Below are positions 1 to 10,814 of a stretch of DNA of 36,084 nucleotides, in pieces; the stretch's first letter is position 1; every line of letters starts with the position of its first letter. Made by a program: the position numbers and the translations under genes. The notes under the pieces were generated by a model, which did no database searches, had not been told where the DNA came from, and saw only the letters and a program-made list of their open reading frames with translations. Source of the DNA: Octopus sinensis (lineage: Eukaryota); NCBI RefSeq assembly GCF_006345805.1, contig NW_021831925.1:1-36084 (forward strand). Direction: 5' to 3'.

Positions 1-261
1 CTGTCGTATATATGTGTATATATATGTATGTGTGTATATGTTTGTGTGTCTGTGTTTGTACCCCCAACATCGCTTGACAACCGATGCTGGTGTGTTTGCG
101 TCGCCGTCACTTAGCGGTTCGGCAAAAGAGACCGATAGAATAAGTACTGGGCTTACAAAGAATAAGTCCCGGGGTCGATTTGCTCAACTAATGGCGGTGC
201 TCCAGCATGGCCGCAGTCAATTGACTGAAACAAGTAAAAGAGTAAAAGAGTAAAAAGAGTA
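1..261 (+). mobile_element. SINE family A, 3' body and (GTAAAAGA)n tail; head lies outside the window
   Basis: Matches the body of the copies at 14945-15375 and 35236-35836 (cgcttgacaaccgatgctggtg...ggcggtgctccagcatggccgcagtca...gactgaaacaagtaaaagag). Confidence 0.9.
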
Positions 262-280
262 GACTGTACCAGCCACTATC

Positions 281-1040
281 ACGCCAGGTGAAATGCTTAG
301 CGGTATTTCGTCTGTCTTAGGTATTTCGTCTGCCGTTACGTTCTGAGTTCAAATTCCGCCGAGGTCGACTTTGCCTTTCATCCTTTCGGGGTCGATTAAA
401 TAAGTACCAGTTGCACACTGGGGTTGATACAATCTACTTAATCCGTATGTCTGTCCTTGTTTGTCCCCTCTATGTTTAGCCCCTTGTGGGTAGTAAAGAA
501 ATAGGTATTTCGTCTGCCGCTACGTTCTGAGTTCAAATTCCGCCGAGGTTGACTCTGCCTTTCATCCTTTCGGGGTCGATTAATTAAGTACCAGTTACGC
601 ACTGGGGTCGATGTAATCGACTTAATCCGTATGTTTGTCCTTGTTTGTCCCCTCTGTGTTTAGCCCCTTGTGGGTAGTAAAGAAATAGGTATTTCGTCCG
701 TCTTTACGTTCTGAGTTCAAATTCCACCGAGGTCGACTTTGCCTTTCATTCTTTCGGGTTCGATAAATTAAGCACCAGTTGCGTAATGGAGACGATCTAA
801 TCAACTGGCCCCTCCCCCAAAATTTCTTGTGCCTAGAGTAGTAAAGAATTACTAAAGCGGTAAGTAGAATCGCTAGCGTAGCGAACAAAATGCTTAATGA
901 TATTTCTTCCGACTCATTACGTTCTGAGTTCTAACTCCACAGAAGTCAGCTTCACCTTTTATCCTTTGGAGTCGATAAAATAAGTACCAGCCCTCCCACC
1001 CAAAATTTCAAGCTTTGTGCTAAAATTCGAAACCATTATT
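281..1040 (+). mobile_element. Tandem array of SINE family B units (184-bp period) plus a diverged copy
   Basis: ggtatttcgtc starts at 320, 504 and 688. Each unit has gagttcaaattcc (B-box-like) and gtcgactttgcctttcatcctttcggggtcgat...aagtaccag, matching the full copy at 33624-33858. A diverged copy follows at about 856-1040. Confidence 0.88.
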
Positions 1041-1331
1041 TCTTGAATCAGTCTAAGAATACAGTATCCGATATTCTTTGATAAATTTCCATTCATTTTC
1101 TTTAAATACTTAAATTCTTCTCTGAGGACAATCAACAAAAATTTGATTTCTCCAAACAACAATTTTCAATTTCTATAGCAATTCTTTTCATATTTAATTT
1201 AAAAATTCCATCGCTATACCAAATAAAAAGATATTTATTTACCATTTCATAAAATACTTTCCTTATCTTTCAGAAGATACAATCACCAATAACTACTTTG
1301 TAAGATTTCTATGAAATACTTAGAATATTTC

Positions 1332-1484
1332 AGGCTGTCTGGCTGCGAAATTTAATTTCCGATAACGTGAGTTTGGATTCAGTGTCACTGCGCGGTTCCT
1401 GGGGTAAGTTTTGTTTACTATAATTCCTGGGCCACCAGTGCCTGGTCAGTGAATTTGCCAGACGAAAACTGTGAGGAAACCTGC
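1332..1484 (+). mobile_element. Old degenerate SINE A head
   Basis: ggattcagtgtcactgcgcggttcctggggtaagt...gtgaatttgccagacgaaaactgtgaggaaacc aligns with mismatches to the A head. Confidence 0.6.
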
Positions 1485-2007
1485 TACTTTCGCACATTTC
1501 TTGCCTTAATTCTGTTCTATAGTTCAAAGTTTTCATTGTATGTGAATACCTGTGTTGTTTACTCTCTGTTTTCCGTAACTGTCTTTGCTTGTTCGTTTTA
1601 TAAACATCCGCATTCTCCTCATAACTCATCCTTTATACTGTTCGTGATACAGACCCCGTCTTTTTGTACTTGCCTTATTCTGTCCTTCTTGTCCACTCAT
1701 TTATACACCAGCTGCAATTTGCTGTTAACGCCACCGTACTGAACAATATTATTGATAAGGTGTCGAAACGGTAATGAGTTTTGGTCGATAGCGGAACTCC
1801 CGTTTTCCGTATAATGTTCTTTCGTCGTTTTTCTGTGCCATATTCACGTAAACGGGCGTTGCAAACAGAGTTGCTGCTACAGAAACAAATGCAACAAATT
1901 ATCAAAGATGTATTAAAGGATTTCGTTGTCTTTTTATCATTAGGATAAATATTTAATATTCGCCACAACTACACAACACAACAGTTTTACAGTCGTGAAA
2001 CCAGGAT

Positions 2008-2215
2008 TTCCCCTCGCACCGTTTGACAATCGCTGTTACTCTGTAGAAATACCCGTAACTTTGCCGTTCGGCAAAAAGATACCAACTTAATAAGAACCAA
2101 AGTTAAAAAGACACAAATGTAGACTCAGGTCGCGATTTGATCGGCTAAACATTTCAAGGAGGTGCCCCAGCATGGTCGGAGCCCAATTACTGAAACAAAT
2201 AGTAAAAAGTAAAAA
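2008..2215 (+). mobile_element. Old degenerate SINE A body
   Basis: cccgtaactttgccgttcggcaaaaag...ggtgccccagcatggtc...actgaaacaaatagtaaaa. Confidence 0.7.
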
Positions 2216-2635
2216 AAAATAAAGAAGAAGAATAACTTTTTTTTTCTACGATGTTCTCTTTCACCCCAGGGTCTCAATGATTTGGAACGGAATCATTAAA
2301 AAGAAAAGTAGTTTGACTGAAGACACGGCTAATGACGAGTGCTTAATAAAACTATTACGTTATAAGAAAGAAATATTGATTGAATTTAATCGATAAATAT
2401 CGATCGAAAAGTGAAATGTTAATGAAGAAGGAAGCGGAACGAGAAAAGCCATGGCAACGGCGACAGTATATTTGATACTGTAATGAGGGCGGCGGTGGAA
2501 ATCATGACGAGAGGTGGTGGTGGTGATGGAGGTGGTGGTGGTGGTGGTGGTAGATGTAATGATGATGGAACTGATGGTGATGGTAGTGGCGGCGGTGCTA
2601 TGTATCGATTAACGAATAAAGATAAAAGGAATAAA

Positions 2636-2790
2636 CAGGCTGAGTGGTAAGAAGCTGCTTCTCAACCACATAGTTCCGGGTTCAGGCCCACTGTGTTGGT
2701 ACCTTGGGAAGTGTTTTCTACTATAGCCTCGGACCGACCAAAGCTTGTGAGTGGATTTGGTCGGCGGGGAAACTGAAAGAAGCCCGGGAT
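2636..2790 (+). mobile_element. SINE A head followed by its internal (TA)n/(TG)n tract
   Basis: ggctgagtggtaagaag...gttccgggttcaggcccactg...accttgggaagtg...gaaactgaaagaagccc. Confidence 0.85.
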
Positions 2791-2819
2791 ATATAATATA
2801 TAATAATATATATATATAT

Positions 2820-2894
<75 letters not shown>

Positions 2895-2978
2895 ATATAT
2901 ATATATTATATATATATCTATATATATATAATATAAAATATATATATATGTGGTGTGTGTGTGTGTGTGTGTGTGTGT

Positions 2979-3284
2979 GGGGCGCAATGGCCCAGTGGTT
3001 AGGGTAGCGGACTCGCGGTTGTAGGATTGCGGTTTCGATTCTCAGACCGGGCGTTGTCAGTGTTTATTGAGCGAAAACGCCTAAAGCTCCACGACGCTCC
3101 GGCAGGGGGTCGTGGCGATCCCTGCTGTACTCTTTCGGCACAACTTTCTCTCACTCTTTCTTCTGTTGGCCTGGTCGCTTAGCGGGGTGGCGTCATTTGA
3201 AGGCTAAAATAATGCAAAGCGCATTGTGACCAGCGATGTGTAGCAACAACTGATAGCCTGGTCGGTCATGGTGATCACGGTGAT
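2979..3284 (+). mobile_element. SINE family C (tRNA-derived head), tail type 1
   Basis: A box tggcccagtgg, B box ggtttcgattctc. Same head as 11250 and 31170-31478. Tail ends aatgcaaagcgcattgtgacc...ggtgatcacggtgat. Confidence 0.88.
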
Positions 3285-3370
3285 GTGTGAATTTCAGAGG
3301 AGAATATTTTGAATAAAATCTTAATTAACTGACCCTCTGTATTTTCTTTAAGCCAAAACCAGGAACTTTT
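3285..3370 (-). mobile_element. Fragment of mariner-type MITE, inverted relative to 3893-4093
   Basis: Reverse complement matches aaaagttcctggttttggctt and tcagttaattaagattttattcaaaatattctcctctgaaattcacac at 3903-3975. Confidence 0.8.
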
Positions 3371-3402
<32 letters not shown>

Positions 3403-3423
3403 TATATATATATATTATATATA

Positions 3424-3486
<63 letters not shown>

Positions 3487-3529
3487 CATATATATATATA
3501 TTATATATATATATATATATTATATATAG

Positions 3530-3560
<31 letters not shown>

Positions 3561-3669
3561 TATATATATATATATAATATATATATATATTATATATTAT
3601 ATATATATATAATAATATTATATATATATATTATATATATATATATATATATTTATATATTTATATATA

Positions 3670-3710
<41 letters not shown>
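3371..3710. repeat. (TA)n microsatellite
   Basis: Direct reading. Confidence 0.95.
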
Positions 3711-3711
<1 letters not shown>

Positions 3712-4300
3712 GGTACAGGCGTGGCTCTGTGGTAAGAAGTTTGCTCCCTAACCTTATGGTTCCGGGTTCAGTTCTATTACGTGGCACCTTGGGCAATTGT
3801 CTTCTACTATAGCCTCGGACAGGCCAAAACCTTACGAGCGGATTTGGTAAAAGGAAACTGAAAGAAGCCTGCTGTATAAAATATATAAAAAAAGGGATGC
3901 TTAAAAGTTCCTGGTTTTGGCTTAATCTCAGTTAATTAAGATTTTATTCAAAATATTCTCCTCTGAAATTCACACAGGTATTGCATTCGACTTTCAGTTT
4001 TTCGAAGCCCTATAACAGAACTCGGAAGGTTGAACCTCTAATAAGGCTTTCCGTGATATCCTTAAATCCAAGAACTTTACGTCACAACGTCGTTTGTGTG
4101 TGTGTGTGTGGTGTGTGTGTGTGTGTTTTCATCCAATGTCGCTTGACAACTGATGCTGGTGTCTTTACGTCCCCGTAAATTAGTGGTTCGGCAAAAGAAT
4201 CGATAAATAAGTATTGGGGTCAATTCATTCAACTAAAAATTATTCAAGGCGGTGGCCCAGCATGGGCGTACTCTAATGATTGAAACAAGTAAAAGAAAAA
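3712..4300 (+). mobile_element. SINE A with a mariner MITE nested in its internal microsatellite
   Basis: Head 3712-3875, MITE 3893-4093, (TG)n, then body 4130-4300. Confidence 0.8.
3893..4093 (+). mobile_element. Tc1/mariner-type MITE (~200 bp)
   Basis: Degenerate TIRs gggatgcttaaaagttcctgg / ccaagaactttacgtcac. Full-length homology to 21958-22177. Confidence 0.7.
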
Positions 4301-4336
4301 AAATATTCATTTTATATAGTCTTCGGAGAGTCTATA

Positions 4337-4766
4337 CTCTCTCTCTCTCTCTTCTCTTTCTCTCTCTCTCTCTCTATCTATCTCTCTTTTACTTGTTTCA
4401 GTCATTTGACTGCGGCCATGCTGGAGCACCGCCTTTAATCGAGCAACTCGACCCCGGGACTTATTCTTTCTAAGCCCAGTACTTATTCTATCGGTCTCTT
4501 TTGCCGAACCGCTAAGTGACGGGGACATAAACACACCAGCATCGGTTGTCAAGCGATGCTAGCGGGACAAACACAAACATACACGCAGACACACATATAT
4601 ACATATATATATACGACGGGCTTCTTTCAGTTTCCGTCTACCAAATCCACTCACAAGGCTTTGGTCGGCCCGAGGCTATAGTAGAAGACACTTGCTCAAG
4701 GTGCCACGCAGTGGGACTGAACCCGGAACCATGTGATTGGTAAACAAGCTATTTACCACAAAGCCA
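4337..4766 (-). mobile_element. SINE A, near full length, with 11-bp TSD
   Basis: TSD gagagtctata at 4326-4336 and 4767-4777. The tail region is expanded into (CT)n. Confidence 0.92.
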
Positions 4767-5429
4767 GAGAGTCTATATATCTCATAGATATATTTTGAAA
4801 TTTCATTTCCACTTTACGTTAGTCGGCCCCCAAAAATATCTGTTCATGCGAATCGATCACGGAACAATTTTAATTTCAAGCGAATTTGCCTATCATACAG
4901 CTAAGCGCATGTTTGCACTCGCGTACCTAATTCTGTAATAAAAAATATATAACATTAACAAAAAAGATCAAAAACAAACTATATTTAAAGAAATAGAAGT
5001 CAATGAAAGTTACTATAAAATAAATAAAAGGTATAAAATAAAATAAAAATAGTTCAGTTAAACATCGATTAATCGAATTCCAATCAGACAATACCTGAAG
5101 AAGAGAAATTTTAAAAAAAACAACAATAATAATTATCACGATGATGATGAGGAGGAGGATGGCGACGATGATGATGATGATGATGAAAATAATATTTCTG
5201 GTGTGACATCAGCAATTCTGTAGTTGAATAATAAATGACGTAGCGATATTTGTGATCAACGTTGAAAGAAAATGTGCTTCGTTCGAAAAAAAAAAAAAAA
5301 AACCCCCAAAACTCAAAAACAACCAAACTGCAACACAAAAGCAAACACACAAAAAAAAACAAACAAACGAACGAACAATACATGCGTAGTTATTCGCATT
5401 TCTGAAACTGTAGGAGTCAGTATTCCGAG

Positions 5430-5441
5430 AGTATGTATGTA

Positions 5442-5476
<35 letters not shown>

Positions 5477-5615
5477 TGGGTGGGTGAGAAAGAGAGCTAG
5501 AGAGAGAGGAGATTGTGTGCGCACGCACACGTACGTGTATTATATATAATATATATACATTACATACATACTATATATAATATATATTATATATATATAT
5601 ATATATATATTATGT

Positions 5616-5650
<35 letters not shown>

Positions 5651-5733
5651 ATATATATATATATAATATATATATAGTATATATGTATATAGGTATATAA
5701 TATGTATATAATGTATATATATATGTATATATG

Positions 5734-5768
<35 letters not shown>

Positions 5769-6070
5769 ATAGGTATATTATATATGTATATATATATATA
5801 TATTATGCATATGTATATATATGTATATGTATATTAAATATATATTTTGATATTTAAATAAATATATATATATGTACATGCACAGATTCAAACATATATA
5901 CATGTATATATATACATGATATACATACATACACACATATAGATATAGACAAAAAATTATACATCTATCCGTGTATCCCATACATCCATCCATCTAATCA
6001 TCCGTCCATCCTTACATACATACGTAATGTATATATACATGCATACATAAATTCATGCATATGTATATAC
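5430..6070. repeat. Compound (TG)n/(TA)n/(TATG)n microsatellites
   Basis: Direct reading. Confidence 0.9.
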
Positions 6071-6264
6071 ACACATGTAGCTAATCGTGAGACTACATTA
6101 TATAGATCTATATTCAAGACAGCAGGGTGTTGCGTAATTTTCGAATTGTGTTTGTTGTGTTGCTGTGAACACGCGCGAGTGTGTGTCTTTGTTTCTTTGT
6201 TGTAACTTTTTCTCTACTTAGTTTCTATTTCTTAACACACACACTCACGCACACACACACACAC

Positions 6265-6306
<42 letters not shown>

Positions 6307-6361
6307 TATGATATGCATATTTAAATATATACATATATATATACATACCTACATAAACACA

Positions 6362-6563
6362 AGACGCCATGATAGATCGTTTGCTCTTACACGTATTTTT
6401 TTCTCTCCTTGTTTCTCTCCTTGTTTTTTTTCTGTGTATCTTTCTGTCGAAGAGCGTAGGCTCGAAAAGGAAAAGACTTTTTCTATTCCTGAGCGCTATA
6501 CTAATACAATTGTTTGTTTGTACTCCACCTGCCTTCGTCTTTTGTTTATTTTCGTAAACTTCC

Positions 6564-6570
<7 letters not shown>
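6362..6570 (+). mobile_element. Non-coding Penelope-like 3' module (family E) with a mutated hammerhead motif
   Basis: Inverted homolog of 10685-10912. Contains tcttt-CTGTCGA-A-GAGC-gtag-GCTC-GAAAAGG (6439-6476) and ends in (TA)n. Confidence 0.72.
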
Positions 6571-6642
<72 letters not shown>

Positions 6643-6663
6643 ATTGTATATATATAATGAATA

Positions 6664-6946
6664 CAGTGTACATTAAACACATAAGAGGTATCCTTCAAGA
6701 TACCTTTTTTCACGCTAGAAGGAACAGCTAAAGTAAAAACAACTATTAGTGATAAAACCTCGAAGGGAATGAAAAACAAAAACATTTACCATCTATTTAA
6801 TCTACTAGGAAATAGATGGTAAATGTTTTATTATTCATTCCCTTCGAGTATTTTTTATCCCTAATAGTGGTGTGAACTTTAGCTGTTCCTATTAGCGTGA
6901 AAGGAATCGTATGAAGGATACATCTTATTCGTTTAAATGTACACTG
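6664..6946. mobile_element. Foldback MITE, Tc1/mariner-type ends (TA|CAGTG...CACTG|TA)
   Basis: Imperfect inverted arms 6660-6798 and 6810-6950 (acatttaccatctattt / aaatagatggtaaatgt) with an 11-nt loop. TA on both sides. Confidence 0.8.
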
Positions 6947-7046
6947 TATTTATATGAATAATATATAGTCTATTGACTAACTTTTCTACACGCTAGGCCA
7001 CAGGTAGTAAACATTTCTAAAATCTTTATTACCCTGATATTATTAA

Positions 7047-7106
<60 letters not shown>

Positions 7107-7271
7107 TAGGGAATAAATCCAAATTTACAGGAAAAAATCAGATTTAGGATTAAATCCAATTTTATAGTAAAATATTATATAAATTAATTAGAGACAAAAC
7201 CACTATTTTGCAAAACAAACAAGGAAAGACTTAATCAATACATAAAATTTTAATAAAAAGTAAAAAAACCG

Positions 7272-7315
7272 CCACTACAATTGTTTCATGTCCTCAAATG
7301 ACAATCTTCAGGTGG
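7272..7315 (-). ncRNA. Minimal type-I hammerhead ribozyme motif
   Basis: Exact reverse complement of 7382-7425. Confidence 0.78.
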
Positions 7316-7381
7316 AATTCCGATTTTCAAATCAGTTTTCAATTTACTTCATAAATTGAAACTGATTTGAAAATCGGAATT

Positions 7382-7425
7382 CCACCTGAAGATTGTCATT
7401 TGAGGACATGAAACAATTGTAGTGG
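7382..7425 (+). ncRNA. Minimal type-I hammerhead ribozyme motif
   Basis: Stem I CCAC/GUGG; core CUGAAGA 7386-7392; stem II UGUC/GACA with a U-U at its base; GAAA 7410-7413; palindromic stem III ACAAUUGU; cleavage triplet GUA (A7421). Confidence 0.78.
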
Positions 7426-7659
7426 CGGTTTTTTTACTTTTTATTAAATTTTATGTATTGATTAAGTCTTTCCTTGTTTGTTTTGCAAAATAGTGGTTTT
7501 GTCTCTAATTAATATTATAATATATATATATTATATATATATTATATATATAATATACATATATACATACATACATACATACATAAATACATACATACGT
7601 ACACGTATATACATACATACATACATACATACATACATACATACATACATACATGTATA

Positions 7660-8085
7660 TGTTGTTCCTGGCGGAAATGTTAGCCTACCTCTGATGAGAC
7701 AACAATAACACTCGAAAATTGATCAAGGCTTTTCATTATTGTTTCAATCGGAGAATAGTTAAATTTGCCCTGTTTATATATCAGCAACGCTGGTTACATA
7801 TTATATCGTAACTTGATAGTGTGTGGACTGAGACCTCTGATGACAAGACTCCTGATATTAAATGAACTGTTAAATATTACGGTATGCAAATTAGTAACCC
7901 CACTTCTCTGCGGCTAGTTGACTTGTTGAGCATACAAACAGATTGGCAGCTTGCTTTTCTGGGAGTATCAAAATGATGTAGACACTTCTGATGAGAATCC
8001 AATAAGTTCCGAAAATCGTTTAAGGTTGTGTTTCACTTTTTCAATCCACAGAGAAATGGCTGTTTATATTTCCACTGCATAGGTT
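7660..8085 (+). other. Non-repetitive island with three periodic CUGAUGA cores (degenerate hammerhead array)
   Basis: cct-CTGATGA at 7691 (...ctcGAAAattgatcaagg), cct-CTGATGA at 7837, ctt-CTGATGA at 7988 (...ttccGAAAatcgtttaag). Spacings are 146 and 151. Confidence 0.45.
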
Positions 8086-8102
8086 CTACATACATACATA
8101 CA

Positions 8103-8136
<34 letters not shown>

Positions 8137-8239
8137 CATGCATGCATACATACATACATGCATACATACATACATATGTGTGTATATATTATACGTATGT
8201 GTACATATATATTATATATGTATATATATGTATATATAT

Positions 8240-8278
<39 letters not shown>

Positions 8279-8299
8279 TATAATATATATATATATATA

Positions 8300-9662
8300 T
8301 TCAGAAGGAAACTAATCACCTTCCTTGAGAAATGACTTGCTGCCTGACCCCCCAACATGGTTTCCGACCAGGAAGAATCCTGCTTAACTCAGCTCCTACA
8401 ACCTATGACTGGGTGCTGAAACGACTGCTCAACCACTCAAATGTGGAAGTGATATATCTCGACTTTGCAAAGGCCTTTAATAATGTCGATCATGGAATGA
8501 TATGTCACAAACTGCGTGATCTTGGCATAGTTGGAAAATTGGGAGAATGGCTTCATGACTTTCTGAAGGATAGAAGTCAGGTGGTAGTAGCCAATGGGGC
8601 CACTTCCATTAACATACAAATAGTGAGCGGTGTTCCGCAGGGCACTGTTTTGGGACCACTACTGTTCATAATGGCCCTCTCAGACATGCCCTCAGCCACG
8701 CAGAGAGCCACGATCACAAGTTATGCAGATGATACAAAAGTTTCACAGGCAATACATAACCCTGAAGACACTAAGCACCTGCAATGTGAGCTGGACGAAA
8801 TATACAAGTGGACTGAAAAGAATAGCATGCAGTTCCATGCTGAAAAGTTCCAAGCTTTATGCTATCAGCATGCAAAACTAAATGTAATACCCAATGAATA
8901 CACTGGACCTGGAAGGATTGCAATCCCAGAGGCACAATCAGTGCGTGACCTTGGTATTTACATGAGTGATGACGCAACCTTTCATGTACATGTTGCTAAA
9001 TTGGCAATGAAATGTAGGCGGCTGGCTGGGTTGATTCTTAGAAACTTTAGAACAAGAGACTAAGAAACCATGATGGTCCTCTGGAGGACACTTGTCCTAA
9101 GCCACTTTGACTAATGCTCTCAGCTATGGTCACCATCCAGTGTCAAGTTGATCACAGAACTTGAGGCGATCCAACGAAGCTACACGAAGAAGATAGCCTC
9201 TGTGCAGCATATAAGCTACTGGGAAAGACTCAAGAGATTAAAACTCTATTCCTTGGAGCGTAGGCGAGAAAGATATGCCATAATATACATCTGGAAGATC
9301 CTGGAAGGACTTGTCCCAAACTTTGGCATCGAGAGTTACACAAATACCAGAACTGGGCGCCACTGCGTGGTGTCAAGGACTCCAAATTTGCCATCAAGAT
9401 GTAGGACAAGATACTGTGATAGCCTGGGCTTCAGAGGCCCACAGCTCTTCAATATCCTCCCGAAGAACCTGAGGGACCTGCATGGGGTGGATGCGGATGT
9501 CTTTAAAGTAGGACTGGATCTCTTCCTGTCAGGTGTCCCGGATGAACCAACTTCACGGAAGGAGGTGCAGATGAGGGCAGCTGCATCGAACTCTCTCATG
9601 TACCAAATGGCAGTTGCTAAAAAGCATTCGTGAAGTAAAATCATGTAGCAACACCAAATGGC
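8300..9662 (+). pseudogene. 5'-truncated non-LTR retrotransposon ORF2, reverse transcriptase and C-terminus (CR1/L2 group)
   Basis: Motifs QHGFRPGR, IYLDFAKAF, SGVPQGTVLGPLLF, YADDTK, RDLGI, SYWERLKRLKLYSLERRR. ORFs 8332-9063 and 9148-9633 are in the same frame, broken by TAA at 9061 and 9112. A probable frameshift lies near 8375. No endonuclease domain. Confidence 0.95.
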
Positions 9663-10224
9663 TAGGGGAACACCCCTCTCAATCCTACCCTCTCCCCAAA
9701 AGCCGAAAGTGGTGCGGTTCATGTCATTTACCTCCGCCGAATATTACGTCTTTAGGATATCAAAGGCAAGGAGTGCCACGGTATTCTGAGCCAGTTCTAG
9801 TTTTAACACAGTACACATGATACAAATGAAGCAGGACCAGAACCCTACATAAAGGGACACATAACGAAAATATGGTTAAGGTTGAATGAGGGTTAAGAGG
9901 CAATATTTTGCATCTTTCGAACAACGGGCAGCTATAAGCTTAGAAAAGTACTGTAAAATAAATTGTTTCAATCTAAAATATTTCTTAATTCGATTTCTTT
10001 TTCTTATCACATATTAAACATCTACATCGATTTCCCATTGTTATCAATAAAAGCTTACATTGATATTTTCGCACTATAGCAATTTGAAAATTAGATTAAA
10101 AAATATTTTGCAAGTTCGCCATTTTTACTAACTTTGATCTTTCGCGTTTGTTGGTATTTCAGTTTAAATAAATAGAATTATAGGATAAAGATAATATTTA
10201 AATAACAAGATTATAAAGATAAAT

Positions 10225-10310
10225 GCACCGTGGGCAAGTGTCTTCCATATTACCTAGGGCCAATCAAAGACTTGTAAGAGAATTTGGTAAACGGAAACTA
10301 GAAGACGCTT
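10225..10310 (+). mobile_element. SINE A head fragment
   Basis: gcaccgtgggcaagtgtcttcc...ggccaatcaaagacttgtaagagaatttggtaaacggaaact. Confidence 0.7.
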
Positions 10311-10367
10311 GTTGCGTGTGTGTGAGTATATACATACATTCATACATATATATATATATATATATAT

Positions 10368-10570
10368 AGTCAATCCAAACATGAACAAGCAAGAAAAAAC
10401 AACAACGCGAGGACGTGGACTAAGTACAGTGTTATTGGACGCTCAGAAAAGGAAAGAAAAGAAAGAGGATTTCACGTTTCGAGCGGAGCTCTTCATCAGA
10501 AATATAGAAAAAGTCCAAAGAATGGAAGACGGAGAAAGAAAATCGCCAACGATACATACGTGGTCACTTA
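10368..10570 (-). mobile_element. Non-coding Penelope-like 3' module related to family E
   Basis: Same layout as E (pyrimidine-rich, hammerhead motif, ctgagcg..aata, T-rich end). Flanked by (TA)n/(TACA)n. Confidence 0.6.
10469..10503 (-). ncRNA. Hammerhead ribozyme motif (GUG at the cleavage site, probably impaired)
   Basis: Reverse complement reads AUUU-CUGAUGA-A-GAGC-ucc-GCUC-GAAAC-GU-G-AAAU, with stem I AUUU/AAAU. Confidence 0.65.
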
Positions 10571-10582
10571 AGAATATTATAT

Positions 10583-10685
<103 letters not shown>

Positions 10686-10814
10686 ACGGGAAGGTTTACG
10701 AAAATAAACAAAAGACGAAGGCAGGTTTACGAAAGTAAAACAAAAGACGAAGGCAGGTGGAGTACAAACAAACAATTGTATTAGTATGGCGCTGAGGAAT
10801 AGAAATAAAACAAG

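Larger units (their letters stand above)
7101..7513. mobile_element. Inverted duplication of a Penelope-like terminal repeat
   Basis: Arms 7183-7346 and 7352-7513 are reverse complements apart from two 1-nt indels, with loop cttca. Each arm has a hammerhead motif. The left arm extends to 7101 and both ends run into (TA)n. Confidence 0.8.

Noticed and set aside
320-851. CRISPR-like array
   Set aside because: The units are contiguous 184-bp SINE copies without unique spacers, in a eukaryotic context with no cas genes.
1748-1778. Hammerhead-like ttgataaggtgtcgaaacggta
   Set aside because: The core has two mismatches to CUGAnGA and there is no convincing stem I or stem II.
2979-3050. tRNA gene
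   Set aside because: The tRNA-like head runs into a SINE body with several copies; there is no proper acceptor stem or terminator.
4790-5280. CpG-containing unique sequence as a promoter or enhancer
   Set aside because: No gene or conservation evidence is available from the sequence alone.
9336-9722. 128-aa minus-strand ORF
   Set aside because: Antisense shadow of the LINE ORF2.
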